Below, one piece after another: positions 50,965 through 62,744 of a DNA stretch of 64,000 nucleotides. The notes below the pieces were generated by a model, which worked only from the letters and a program-made list of their open reading frames with translations, did no database searches and was not told the origin of the DNA. Positions within the stretch are counted from its first letter, which is position 1, and the number at the start of each line of letters is the position of its first letter. The stretch is from Pristiophorus japonicus (lineage: Eukaryota): contig NC_092006.1 in assembly GCF_044704955.1 (NCBI RefSeq), forward strand, positions 7,812,001 through 7,876,000, read 5' to 3'. Made by a program: the position numbers and the translations under genes.

Positions 50965-51960
50965 GGCACACCACTGCTCCCCGGGGGGGGGGAATCCAGG
51001 CCTTCAACACAATACCAAATCTCACCCAATCCCCACCCACACCCCTCTCACACACACACCCCGCATTATCTCATTTACTTAACTCAGCTTAGTCACTATT
51101 GTCCGCGGCTCGGCTGCTTATTCACGCTCTAAAGATCTTATTTTTGCATTCGTATTACCTTGGGAGTGAATGGTGCAGTCCCTGTCGCCAGGGCACACCA
51201 CTCTGCCCAGGGAGGGGGGGGAACTATCCCTGAACACAACACCAATTTTCACCCAATCCCCACCCACACCCCTCTCTCACACACACCCCGCATTATCTCA
51301 TTTATCTAACTCAGCTTAGTCACTATTGTCCGCGGCTCGGCTGCTTATTCACCCTTTAAAGATCACATTTTTGCATTCGTATTACCTTGGGAGTGAATGG
51401 TGCAGTCCCTGTCGCCAGGGCACACCACTCTGCCCAGGGAGGGGGGGGGAACTATCCCTGAACACAACACCAATTTTCACCCAATCTCCACCCACACCCC
51501 TCTCACACACAGACACCCCGCATCATGTCACCAAACTAACTCAGCTTAATCACCATTGCCCGCTGCTCAGCTGCTTATTCACTCTTTAAACACCATTATC
51601 TTTTAATTGTCATTACCTTCTGAGTGAATGGTGCAGTCGCTGTCAATCAAACTGCGGCAGGGCACACCATTCTATCCAACGGGGGGAACTATGCCTGAAC
51701 ACAACACCAATTCTCACCTAATCCCCACCCACATCACTCTCACACACACACCCCGTATCACAGCATTAAAATAACCCATAGAAATCACATTTCCCCGCTG
51801 CTCAGCTGCTTCTTCACGCGTTAAAGACCATATATTTTTATTGTCATTACCTTCAGAGTGAATGATGCAGTCCGTGTCAATCAAACTTGGCCAGGGCATA
51901 CCATTCTGCCCAGGGGGGGAACTATTTGGGGAACTATCCCTGAACACAACACCAATCCTC
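50965..51960. repeat. About 230-245-bp unit x4 immediately upstream of the PSMB4 ATG
   Basis: acacaacaccaat...aactcagctt...ttacctt...gagtgaatg...gggcacacca...ggggaactat recurs at about 51007, 51234, 51462, 51699 and 51944. Confidence 0.88.
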
Positions 51961-52014
51961 CGCCCCCCCCCCCCCTACACAATGCACACACCTCTCACAC
52001 CTACATCCCACACT

Positions 52015-52915
52015 AGCTCAATTTGCGCACAGCAAGCTCCCACACACAGCGATGTGATAATGACCCGGATCATCTGTTTTCGTGATGTTGGTTGAGGGAT
52101 AAATATTGGCCCCAGGACACCGGGGAGAACTCCCCCTGCTCTTCTTCCAATAGTGGCCCCGGGATCTTTTACATCCACCTGAGAGGGCAGACGGGGCCTC
52201 GGTTTAACGTCTCGTCCGAAAGACGGCTCCTTCAACAGTGCGGCGCTCCCTCAGTACTGCCCCTCCGACAGTGCGGCACTCCCTCAGTACTGCCCCTCCG
52301 ACAGTGCGGCACTCCCTCAGTACTGCCCCTCCGACAGTGCGACGCTCCCTCAGTACTGCCCCTCCGACAGTGCGGCACTCCCTCAGTACTGCCCCTCCGA
52401 CAGTGCGGCACTCCCTCAGTACTGCCCCTCCGACAGTACGGCGCTCCCTCAGTACTGCCCCTCCGACAGTGCGGCACTCCCTCAGTACTGCCCCTCCGAC
52501 AGTGCAGCGCTCCCTCAGTACTGCCCCTCCGACAGTGCGGCACTCCCTCAGTACGGCCCCTCCGACAGTACGGCGCTCCCTCAGTACTGCCCCTCCAACA
52601 GCACGGCGCTCCCTCAGTACTGCCCCTCCGACAGTGCGGCACTCCCTCAGTACTGTCTCTCCGACAGTGCGGCGCTCCCTCAGTACCGCCCCTCCGACAG
52701 TGCGGCGCTCCCTCAGTACTGCCCCTCCGACAGTGCGGCGTTCCCTCAGCACTGCCCCTCCGACAGCGCAGTGCGGCGCTCCCTCAGCACTGCACTGGGA
52801 GTGTTCGCCTGGATTACGGGTTTGAGTCTCTGGAGTGGGGCTGGAACCCACGACCTTCTGACTCGGAGGCGAGAGAGAGAGAGAGAGAGTAAGCGACCCA
52901 CTGATCCACGGCTGA
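52015..52915 (-). mobile_element. DeuSINE with 33-bp array (about 17 copies)
   Basis: Head near 52915, array 52228-52792, Deu domain. Confidence 0.9.
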
Positions 52916-53139
52916 TACTAATGACCGAATCCGCTTCCCTCTGTTGCCACGGCGATCAGCCCCTCCGACAATGCGTCTTTTCAGACCTCCACTGTCTGTG
53001 CTGGGATATTTCTAAATGGATTGGGTGTTGCGGTGTTGTGTACTGTTGTTCTGTGGAGAATAATGGGACTAACAATGGGAATGTAAAGTAATTGAGGCTT
53101 TAAATTACATGAGAAACTGCAAATGCTAAATCTAAACTG

Positions 53140-53680
53140 ATTGTATTTGTCCTCCTGTGTTTATCCCTTTCTCCCTCATGTGTTTATCCAGCTTCCCCTT
53201 AAATGCCTCGATACTATTCGCCTCAACCCCTCCCTGTGGCAGCGAGTTCCACATTCTCACCGCTCTCTGGGTAAAGAAGTTTCTTCTGAATTCCCGATTG
53301 GATTTCTTGGTGACAATCTTATATTGATGGCCTCTAGTTATGTTCTTCCCCACAAGTGGAAACACTCTCTCTGTATCCGCTCGATCAAAACCTTTCATCA
53401 TTTTAAAGACTTCTATTAGGTCACCCCCTCACCCCTCTTCAAGAGAAAAGAGACCCAGCCTGTTCATCCTTTCCTGATATGTATACCCTCGCATTTCTGG
53501 TATCATCCTTGTAAATCTTCTCTGCACCCTCTCCGGTGCCTCTATATCCTGTTTATAATACGGCGACCAGAGCTGTACGCAGCGCTCCAAGTGTGGTCAA
53601 AACCAAGGTTCGATACAGGTTCGGCATAACTTCCCTACTTTTCAATTCTATCCCTCGAGAAATAAACCTTTCTCACCGCT
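53140..53680 (-). mobile_element. CR1 LINE 3' fragment
   Basis: FRRNFFTQRAVRMWNSLPQG. Confidence 0.85.
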
Positions 53681-54229
53681 CTCTGGAGTTCTTGGTTTGC
53701 CTTGCTAACCTGTGTCGCAACCTTTAAAGTCCTGGGCCCAATATTTATCCCTCAACCAACATTAAAAAAAAAACCAGACGACCTGGGTCATTATCAGATC
53801 GCTGTGTGTGGGAGCTTGCTGTGCGCAAATTGAGCTGCCGCGTTTCCCACAATACAACATAGAGGCATAGAAAATAGGTGCAGGAAAATCGGTCCATTCG
53901 GCCCGTCGAAACCTGCACCACCATTCAATACGATCATGGCTGATCATGAAATGCACAAAAGCGAGTGCTGTTTTTAAATGCACAGCAAACCCATGATGAG
54001 ATTGGGGGCGGAGTGGAAAAATGCAGAGTAATGGTTCAGAGAATCGCTAACTTGGGCTGCAAAGAGTTAAAGGTGTATCTGATTTTTTTTGTGGGCTTTT
54101 TTTTAATATTGGCACGTATCAGGCGCTATGTTACTTAAAGGGAAGTCTCTGGACTTTCATACACGCTCTGTGTGTATGTGTGTGTGTCTGGACGTTGCAT
54201 CACTCTCACATATTACACAATATTCTCAA

Positions 54230-54770
54230 CACCTCCCCCAACGCACTGCCCAGCCGAACTTTGTGAGGCGCGTTCAGCCTGTCAGAAGAGGATTTCGTGC
54301 TTTTTAAAAAAAAAAAAGGATGGGTAAGTTGGAAAAATACTCTTTGTTTTGTCTTTGGAAGCTGCTGGCCTTTCTTGGGGAGCTTCCAGCCTTCTGTCGT
54401 GACAACGCTGCAACCTTTGCAAAGGCGAGCTAGCAACGGGATCAGAGCCCGGTCACTCGCACCCCAGCCCGAGAGAAATGTCGAGTGCTGGGGCCCATTC
54501 CGTCCCGGGTGGGAGGGTCGTAAAAGAGTGGGGGCGGGGGGGGCGGGGGGGGGGGGTTCGGCCATCAGCAGTGACTTCTCGACATTGATATGACGCACAA
54601 GAGCGATGCCCCGAAGTGTGCGGTGGAGGCTGAGCCACAGCGGGGCCAACGAGGAGAGGTCGTCGAAAGTCCGGTCGGGATTCTGCTGTTATTCACTTCC
54701 CGACCGAATCGTGTTCGTTCTGTTCGTTGGTTGCCGTTTGTTTCCGCTGAGTTAATAGCCCTTCAACTAG
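54230..54770. promoter_or_regulatory. CpG-rich unique segment, candidate PSMB4 promoter
   Basis: CpG-rich non-repeat DNA with GC boxes (ggggcgggg near 54531) and an ETS-like cacttccc near 54694, about 3.5 kb upstream of the PSMB4 ATG exon. Confidence 0.4.
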
Positions 54771-54805
54771 GCTGGAGTTTAATATTTTGATATTTCAAAT
54801 GACAG

Positions 54806-57800
54806 TGTCATGTGTGTACTTTTGGGATCACTTGCCACCAGATGGCGTCACTGTTGGAGGCCATTGGACTGCTCGCACGTGTGTGCAGCCCCAGGTATAA
54901 AAGGCCAGCCATTTTGTATATTAGTCACTTTGGGCCTTAATAAAGCGGAGCCAAGGTTATACCTCTTGGAGTTAAACAGTACTCAGTCTAACAGTTTTAA
55001 AAAAGGAGGGAGAGAGAAAGCAGGGAATTATAGACCGGTCAGCCTGACCTCAGTAGTGGGTAAAATGATGGAATCAGTTATTAAGGATGTCATAGCAGCG
55101 TATTTGGAAAATGGTGACATGATAGGTCCAAGTCAGCATGGATTTGTGAAAGGGAAATCACGCTTGACAAATGTTCTGGAATTTTTTGAGGATGTTTCCA
55201 GTAGAGTGGACAAAGGAGAACCAGTTGATGTGGTGTATTTGGACTTTCAGAAGGCTTTCGACAAGGTCCCACACAAGAGATTAATGTGCAAAGTTAAAGC
55301 ACATGGGATTGGGGGTAGTGTGCTGACGTGGATTGAGAACTGGTTGTCAGACAGGAAGCAAAGAGTAGGAGTAAACGGGTACTTTTCAGAATGGCAGGCA
55401 GTGACTAGTGGGGTACCGCAAGGTTCTGTGCTGGGGCCCCAGCTGTTTACATTGTACATTAATGATTTGGATGAGGGGATTAAATGTATTATCTCCAAAT
55501 TTGCGTATGACACTAAATTGGGTGGCAGTGTGAGCTGCGAGGAGGATGCTATGAGGCTGCAGAGTAACTTGGATAGGTTAGGTGAGTGGGCAATTGCATG
55601 GCAGATGAATTATAATGTGGATAAATGTGAGGTTATCCACTTTGGTGGTAAAAACAGAGAGACAGACTATTATCTGAATGGCGACAGATTAGGAAAAGGG
55701 GAGGTGCAACGAGACCTGGGTGTCATGGTACATCAGTCATTGAAGGTTGGCATGCAGGTACAGCAGGCGGTTAAGAAAGCAAATGGCATGTTGGCCTTCA
55801 TAGCGAGGGGATTTGAGTACAGGGGCAGGGAGGTGTTGCTACAGTTGTGCAGGGCCTTGGTGAGGCCACACCTGGAGCATTGTGTACAGTTTTGGTCTCC
55901 TAACTTGAGGAAGGACATTCTTGCTATTGAGGGAGTGCAGCGAAGGTTCACCAGACTGATTCCCGGGATGGCGGGACTGACCTATCAAGAAAGACTGGAT
56001 CAACTGGGCTTGTATTCATTGGAGTTCAGAAGGATGAGAGGGGATCTCATAGAAACGTTTAAAATTCTGACGGGTTTAGACAGGTTAGATGCAGGAAGAA
56101 TGTTCCCAATGTTGGGGAAGTCCAGAACCAGAGGTCACAGTCTAAGGATAAGGGGTAAGCCATTTAGGACCGAGATGAGGAGAAACTTCTTCACCCAGAG
56201 AGTGGTGAACCTGTGGAATTCTCTACCACAGAAAGTTGTTGAGGCCAATTCACTAAATATATTCAAAAAGGAGTTAGATGAAGTCCTTACTACTCGGGGG
56301 AGCAAGGGGTATGGCGAGAAAGCAGGAATGGGGTACTGAAGTTGCATGTTCAGCCATGAACTCATTGAATGGCGGTGCAGGCTCGAAGGGCCGAATGGCC
56401 TACTCCTGCACCTATTTTCTATGTTTCTATTGCATACACAACATTTGGCGACGAGACAACAAGAACCTTTGCATGCAAGAATGAGCACAATTGGATTATT
56501 GGAGCGATTTGTGGAAGGAGAAGATTGGGCAGACTTTGTGAGCCGTTTCAGCGAGCTCTTCGTGGCCAACAAAATGGAGGAGGTTGGTGATGCAGATCGG
56601 CGCTGGGCGCTGTTCCTCACGGTTTGCAGTCCAAAAATTTATGGTCTGATAAAGAATCTACTCCTGCCTGTGAGTCCAACAGAGAAGTCGTATGAAGAAT
56701 TGTGTACACAGGTAGAGGACCACCTTGAGCCAGACGAAGGCACCATCATCTCGAGATACAGATTTTACGTGCACGTTCGCTCAGAGGGCCAGAATGGGGC
56801 GGAATTCGTTGCCCGACCTGAGACGTCTAGCGGGGACCGTGTAAGTTCGGGGCTGTGTTGGCAGACATGCTGCGGGACTTCTTTGTAATCGGCATCAACC
56901 GCGAGGTGACCCTGCGTAAACTACTGGCGGTGGAGACGTTGGACTTGAACAGGGCCATCACGATCGCTCAGTCGTGCATGACGATGGATCGAAGTCTAAA
57001 GCAGCTATCAGTGAAAAATCGAAACTCGGCAAGTACTGTAAATATGATTGATTCGGCGTTCGGCAGAGCAGCACATGGCAGGGCCTACCCGACTGCGTAC
57101 GCGAAACCTGTGGCTACCCATAGTCCGCCAGCGGGAATGCATCCGATTTCTCCGTGTTGGCGTTGTGGGGGAAATCACCGGCACCGGCAGTGCCGATTTA
57201 AGCAATATAGTTGCAAAGGCTGTCTGAGAGTGGGGCATCTCCAGCGCAAGTGCCCGCAGATGAGCAAGCGTGCTGCGACACACCACGTGGAGGATGATGG
57301 TCAGACTAGCGCAGATCCGGATAGGCAATCCGAGATACCAGAGGAGGAAGTGTATGGACTGTACTTGTTCCTAACTAATAGCAAACCGATAATGACCAAC
57401 GTGAAATTTAATGGGGTGCCGGTATCGATGGAACTGGACACAGGAGCGAGTCAATCGATGATGAGTCAGAGGGCATTCGACAAGCTGTGGGATACTAAAG
57501 CTTTGAGGCCCAGGCTTAGTCCAGTCAATGTCAAGTTGTGCACGTACACCAAAGGACTCATAACGGTGATTGGTAGTACCACAATTAAAGTGTCGTATGA
57601 TGGTGCGGTTCACGAGTTACCGCCATGGATTGTCCCAGGCAATGGCCCAATGCTGTTTGGCAGGAACTGGCTTGAAAAAAAATCAGATGAAACTGGAACG
57701 ACATCAAGGCGCTGTAGTCGGAGGAAGATACACGTGCCCAAGTTCCCCTCGCTGTTCGAACCAGGCATCAGCAACTTCACGGGAGCCAAGATGCAGATCC

Positions 57801-58051
57801 ACGTGGACTCAGATGTAAGACCAGTCCATCATAAAGCTTGGGCAGTTCCAGATATGAAGAGGGAGAAGGTCGAAATCGAATTGGACAGACTCCAGCGTGA
57901 AGGGATCATATCACCGGTTGAATTTAATGAATGGGCCAGCCCCATTGTTCCTGTGCTGAAAAGTGATGGCACAGTCAGAATCTGTGGAGACTACAAGGCC
58001 ACGATCAACAGGGTTTCGAAACAGGAGCAGTACCCGTTACCGAAGGCTGAT
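54806..58051 (+). mobile_element. Ty3/Gypsy LTR retrotransposon, 5' half (LTR, PBS, gag, protease, start of RT)
   Basis: LTR tgtca...acaaca (54806-56443, split by CR1) with TATAAAA and AATAAA; PBS tggcgacgag at 56446; gag from ATG 56481 with two CCHC-type knuckles; protease LDTGAS; RT start WASPIVPVLKSDGTVRICGDYK. Frameshifted and truncated by an RTE fragment. Confidence 0.93.
54995..56430 (+). mobile_element. CR1 LINE RT fragment inserted in the Gypsy LTR
   Basis: Open RT frame to 56339, but the catalytic motif reads FAYDTK instead of FADDTK. Confidence 0.93.
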
Positions 58052-58455
58052 GACTCCCAGGTGTCGGTGGGGATGTTGCACTTTATCAGGGAGGCTTTGA
58101 GGGTGGTCCCTGTAACGTTTCCTCTGCCCACCTTTGGCTCGTTTGCCGTGAAGGAGTTCCGAGTAGAGCGCTTGCTTTGGGAGTCTCGTGTCGGGGCATG
58201 CGGACAATGTGGCCCTGCCCAGCGGAGCTGGTCGAGGGTGGTCAGTGCTTCGATGCTGGGGACGTTGGCCTGGTCGAGGACGCTAACGTTGGTGCGTCTG
58301 TCCTCCCAGGGGATTTGCAGGATCTTGCGGAGACATCGTTGGTGGTATTTCTCCAGGGACTTGAGGTGTCTACTGTACATGGTCCATGTCTCTGAGCCAC
58401 ACAGGAGGGCGGGTATCACTACAGCCCTGTAGACCATGAGCTTGGTGGCTCATGT
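58052..58455 (-). mobile_element. RTE (BovB-like) LINE ORF fragment
   Basis: VYRAVVIPALLCGSETWT...HQRCLRKILQIPWEDRRTN...QLRWAG. Confidence 0.9.
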
Positions 58456-59525
58456 GAGGAGACTAATTGATGTTCTGTTACCAACTGCTCCATTTTTGAT
58501 CAGGGCCCAGGAGCATCGTGATTGGGGGCCTGGGAGAGGCGCGAGTTCGGGGCCCAGAAGAGCCGAGGGCCCAGGGGGCAGCACGGGCCCAGCCCACACT
58601 GTGCGATATGTGCGCGCACTGGGTCTGTGCAGCAGAGCTGGTCTCCAGTCATCTTGGTTAACCCTTGCCACTGGACCAAGACCTCGCTCTGTCAAGCCCG
58701 TGTGGTGGCTGGTGTGCAACAGCCACCCTGTTAATACGGATTCTTTTTCCCTCAATCTGTTTCAGCGAATACACTGACACGAACACCTTGCCTTTTCTGT
58801 AAGGGACCTTTATTGAAGATTCTCCGGCCGGGACTTGTCAAGACAAAGGGACACTCTCAATCAGAGCCTGTTTACCTTCCCCTGGACAAGCCCCTTTTCA
58901 GCGCGACACAACAACAGTTATACATTTTCAAAACAGAACACATTTGATTCGCACTTGGTCTATCCAATCCCTTTCTGCCTCCCCCCCTCCCCCCGAGTAC
59001 GTCCAATGGCAGGCAAGAAAGTCTCCCAATTAGGGCTGGTGTCAGGGTCAGGTTAGTTATAGCTTCGCTACACTGTCTTCCCTTATCAGTAAAGAACCCA
59101 ATTAGTTTCCCTACCTCCTTATCAGTAAAAGCCATTACTTTTCTCCTCCTATCTAGGATTGCTTTCTTTCTTTGTGCTGCCTTGCGTCTTTCTCATGACC
59201 CGTGTCTAACCTCAACCTCAACTCTTGGTAACCCCTTTTTTTCCTGTCGATTCTGCAGTTGTCTGCATCTTGACATTTCTTTAGCTATTTTCCCATGATT
59301 CCCTATCTCCATCCTTTTGCCACATTCTCTAGCCATCTACCACATTCGCAACCCTTCTTTACACATTCTCAACCCCACGTTAAAAAAATCCACCCACAGG
59401 CATCTTCCACCCTTCAGGATGTAGTTCGGGATCTGGAATATTAGGTCCTTCATTGAAACACCTGTGAACTCATCCCTTTTTGGCGTGGAAGCAAGTCATC
59501 CTCGTTCCAAGGGACTGCCTATTAC
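58455..59525 (+). mobile_element. RTE-derived short element interrupted by a solo LTR
   Basis: Body gccaccc|...|accccacgttaaaaaaatcc continues across the insert. Confidence 0.82.
58729..59371 (-). mobile_element. 643-bp solo LTR (ERV1-like or Gypsy)
   Basis: TG...CA ends, perfect 4-bp TSD accc (58725 and 59372), minus-strand AATAAA near 58810. Confidence 0.8.
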
Positions 59526-59534
59526 TATACGTAT

Positions 59535-59905
59535 GGGTTACAGAAATAGGGAGGGGTGTAGGGGCTGGAGGAGGTTACAGAGATGAGGGGAGGGGGCGAG
59601 GGCCATGGAGGGATTTGTAAACAAGGATGATAATTTTGAAATCGAGGCATTGCTTAACCGGGAGACAATGTAGGTCAGTCAGCACAGGGGGTGATGGGTG
59701 AGCGGGACTCGGTGCGAGTTAGGACTAGGGGGCAGTGAGCACAGGGGGCGATGGGTGAGCGGGACTCGGTGCGAGTTAGGACACGGGGGCAGTGAGCACA
59801 GGGGGCGATGGGTGAGCGGGACTCGGTGCGAGTTGGGACACGGGGGCAGTGAGCACAGGGGGCGATGGGTGAGCGGGACTCGGTGCGAGTTAGGACACGG
59901 GCTGC
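59535..59905 (-). mobile_element. L2 fragment with 57-bp array (4 copies)
   Basis: NAARVLTRTESRSPIAPCA repeated. Confidence 0.88.
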
Positions 59906-59939
59906 ATTTTCATAATGGTGCAGCAAAGATGTTATGTTA

Positions 59940-61592
59940 CGAAGGAAGACACAAATAACCTTCCGGAAGTACTAGGGGACCGAGGGGCTAGTGAGAAGGA
60001 GGAACTGAAGGATATTCTTATTAGGCGGGAAATTGTGTTAGGGAAATTGATGGCATTGAAGGCCGATAAATCCCTAGGGCCTGATAGTCTACATCCCAGA
60101 GTACTTAAGGAAGTGGCCCTAGAAATAGTGGATGCATTGGTGATCAGTTTCCAACAGTCTATCGACTCTGGATCAGTTCCTATGTAACACCACTTTTTAA
60201 AAAAGGAGGGAGAGAGAAAATGGTTAGCCTGACATTAGTAGTGGGGAAAATATTGGAATCAATTATGAAAAATGAAATAACAGCGCATTTGGAAAGCAGT
60301 GACAGAATCGGTCCAAGTCAGCATGGATTAATGAAAGGGAAATCATGCTTGACAAATCTTCTGGAATTTTTTGAGGATGTAACTAGTAGAGTGGACAAGG
60401 GAGAACCAGTGGATGTGGTGTATTTGGACTTTCAAAAGGCTTTTGACAAGGTCCCACACAAGAGATTAGTGTGCAACATTAAAGCACATGGTATTGGGGG
60501 TAATGTACTGATTGGCAGACAGGAAGCAGTGAGTCGGGATAAACGGGTCCTTTTCAGAATGGCAGGCAGTGACTACTGGAGTGCCGCAGGGCTCAGTGCT
60601 GGGACTCCAACTATTTACAATATACATTCATGATTTGGATGAAGGAATTGAATGTAATATCTCCAAGTTTGCAGATGACACTAAGCTGGGTGGCGGTGTG
60701 AGCTGTGAGGAGGATGCTAAGAGGCTGCAGGGTGACTTGGATAGGTTAGGTGAGTGGGCAAATGCATGGCAGATGAAGTATAATGTGGATAAATGTGAGG
60801 TTATCCACTTTGGGGGCAGAAACAAGAAGGCAGAATATTATCTGAATGGTGACAGATTAGGAAAAGAGGAAGTGCAACGAGACCTGGGTGTCATGGTACA
60901 TCAGTCATTGAAAGTTGGCATGCAGGTACAGCAGGTGGTGAAGAAGGCAAATGATATGTTGGCCTTCATAGCGAGGGGATTTGAGTATAGGAGCAGGGAG
61001 GTCTTACTGCAGTTGTACAGGGCCTTGGTGAGGCCTCACCTGGAATACTGTGTTCAGTTTTGGTCTCCTAATCTGAGGAAGGACGTTCTTGCTATTGAGG
61101 GAGTGCAGCGAAGGTTCACCAGACTGATTCCTGGGATGGCAGGACTGACATATGAGGAGAGACTGGATCGACTGGGCTTATATTCACTGGAGTTTAGAAA
61201 GATGAGAGGGGATCTCATAGAAACATATAAACTTCTGACAGGACGGGACAGGTTAGATGCAGGAAGAATGTTCCCGATGTTGGGGAAGTCCAGAACCAGG
61301 GGTCACAGTCTAAGGATAAGGGGTAAGCCATTTAGGACCGAGATGAGGAGAAACTTCTTCACTCAGAGAGTTGTGAACCTGTGGAATTCTCTACCACAGA
61401 AAGTAGTGGAGGCCAGTTCGTTAGATATATTCAAGAGGGAGTTGGATGTGGTCCTTACGGCCAAAGGGATCAAGGGGTATGGAGAGAAAGCAGGAATGGG
61501 GTACTGAAGTTGCATGATCAGCCATGATCATATTGAATGGTGGTGCGGGCTCGAAGGGCCGAATGGCCTACTCCTGCACCTATTTTCTATGC
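59940..61592 (+). mobile_element. CR1 LINE ORF2 fragment (RT and tail)
   Basis: [24 protein letters not shown]; small deletions cause frameshifts. Confidence 0.93.
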
Positions 61593-61619
61593 CTCTCCTG
61601 TCCATCAGCAAGTATATTG

Positions 61620-62537
61620 AAAAAGAACTTGCATTTATATAGCGCCTTTCACGACCACCGGACGTCTCAAAGCACTTTACTGCCAATGTAGTACTTTTGG
61701 AGTGCAGTCTCTGTTGTATTGTGGGAAACACGGCAGCCAATTTGCGCACAGCAAGCTCCCACACACAGCAATGTGATAATGACCCAGATCATCCGTTTTA
61801 GTGATGTTGGTTGAGGGATAAATATTGGGCCCAGGACACCGGGGAGAACTCCCTCTGCTCTTCTTCGAAATAGTGCCATGGGATCTTTTACGTCCACCCG
61901 AGAGGGCAGATGAGGCCTCGGTTTAATGTCTCATCCGAAAGACGGCACCTCCGACAGTGCGGCGCTCCCTCAGTACTGCCCCTCCGACAGTGCGGCACTC
62001 CCTCAGTACCACCCCTCCAACAGTGCGGCGCCCCCTCACTACTGCCCCTCCGACAGTGCGGCGCTCCCTCAGTACCACCCCTTCGACAGTGCGGTGCTCC
62101 CTCAGTACCGCCCCTCCGACAGTGCGGCGCTCCCTCAGTACCGCCCCTCCGACAGTGCAGCGCTCCCTCAGCACCGCCCCTCCGACAGTGCGACGCTCCC
62201 TCAGCACCGCCCCTCCGACAGTGCGGCGCTCCCTCAGCACCGCCCCTCTGACAGTGCGGCGCTCCCTCAGCACCGCCCCTCCGACAGTGCGGCGCTCCTT
62301 CAGTACTGCCCCTCCGACAATGCGGCGCTCCCTCAGTACCGCCCCTCCGACAGTGCGGCGCTCCCTCAGTACCGCCCCTCCGACAGTGCGGCGCTCCCTC
62401 AGCACTGCCCCTCCGACAGTACGGCGCTCCCTCAGTACTGCCCCTCCGACAGTGCGCCGCTCCCTCAGTACCGCCCCTCCGACAGTGCGGCGCTCCCTCA
62501 GCACTGCCCCTCCGACAGTACGGCGCTCCCTCAGTAT
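61620..62537 (-). mobile_element. DeuSINE lacking head, with 33-bp array (about 18 copies)
   Basis: Tail, Deu domain, array 61947-62537. Confidence 0.9.
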
Positions 62538-62744
62538 GCTGTATGTTTGTTCACAGAGGCTAGGACAGAGTGCCAATGGACAAGCAACATGAGAGGGAGG
62601 AGCACCAAATAGTTTTACTACAGAATGTAAACAATCTGTGGCTGTTTGGATTGGATCCAGCGAAGGCACAAACTAAAGAAACAAGCCACATTTAATACAT
62701 TGGACTCTTGAACTTGTGGTTTATGATTAAATCTTTCCCTTCCT

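Noticed and set aside
50937-51029. In-frame N-terminal extension of PSMB4 from the ORF track (MGEIWY...)
   Set aside because: It begins at a non-ATG codon within a tandem-repeat unit; ATG 50936 has a strong context and gives a typical beta-7 length.
51078-51550. TAACTCAGC in the upstream repeat units as NFE2L1 AREs
   Set aside because: The TGAC core is mismatched and the motif is absent from the most distal unit; too weak to call.
56855-58432. 525-aa ORF as a domesticated gag-pol gene
   Set aside because: It is frameshifted against the upstream gag, internally degraded, and its C-terminus is antisense RTE sequence.
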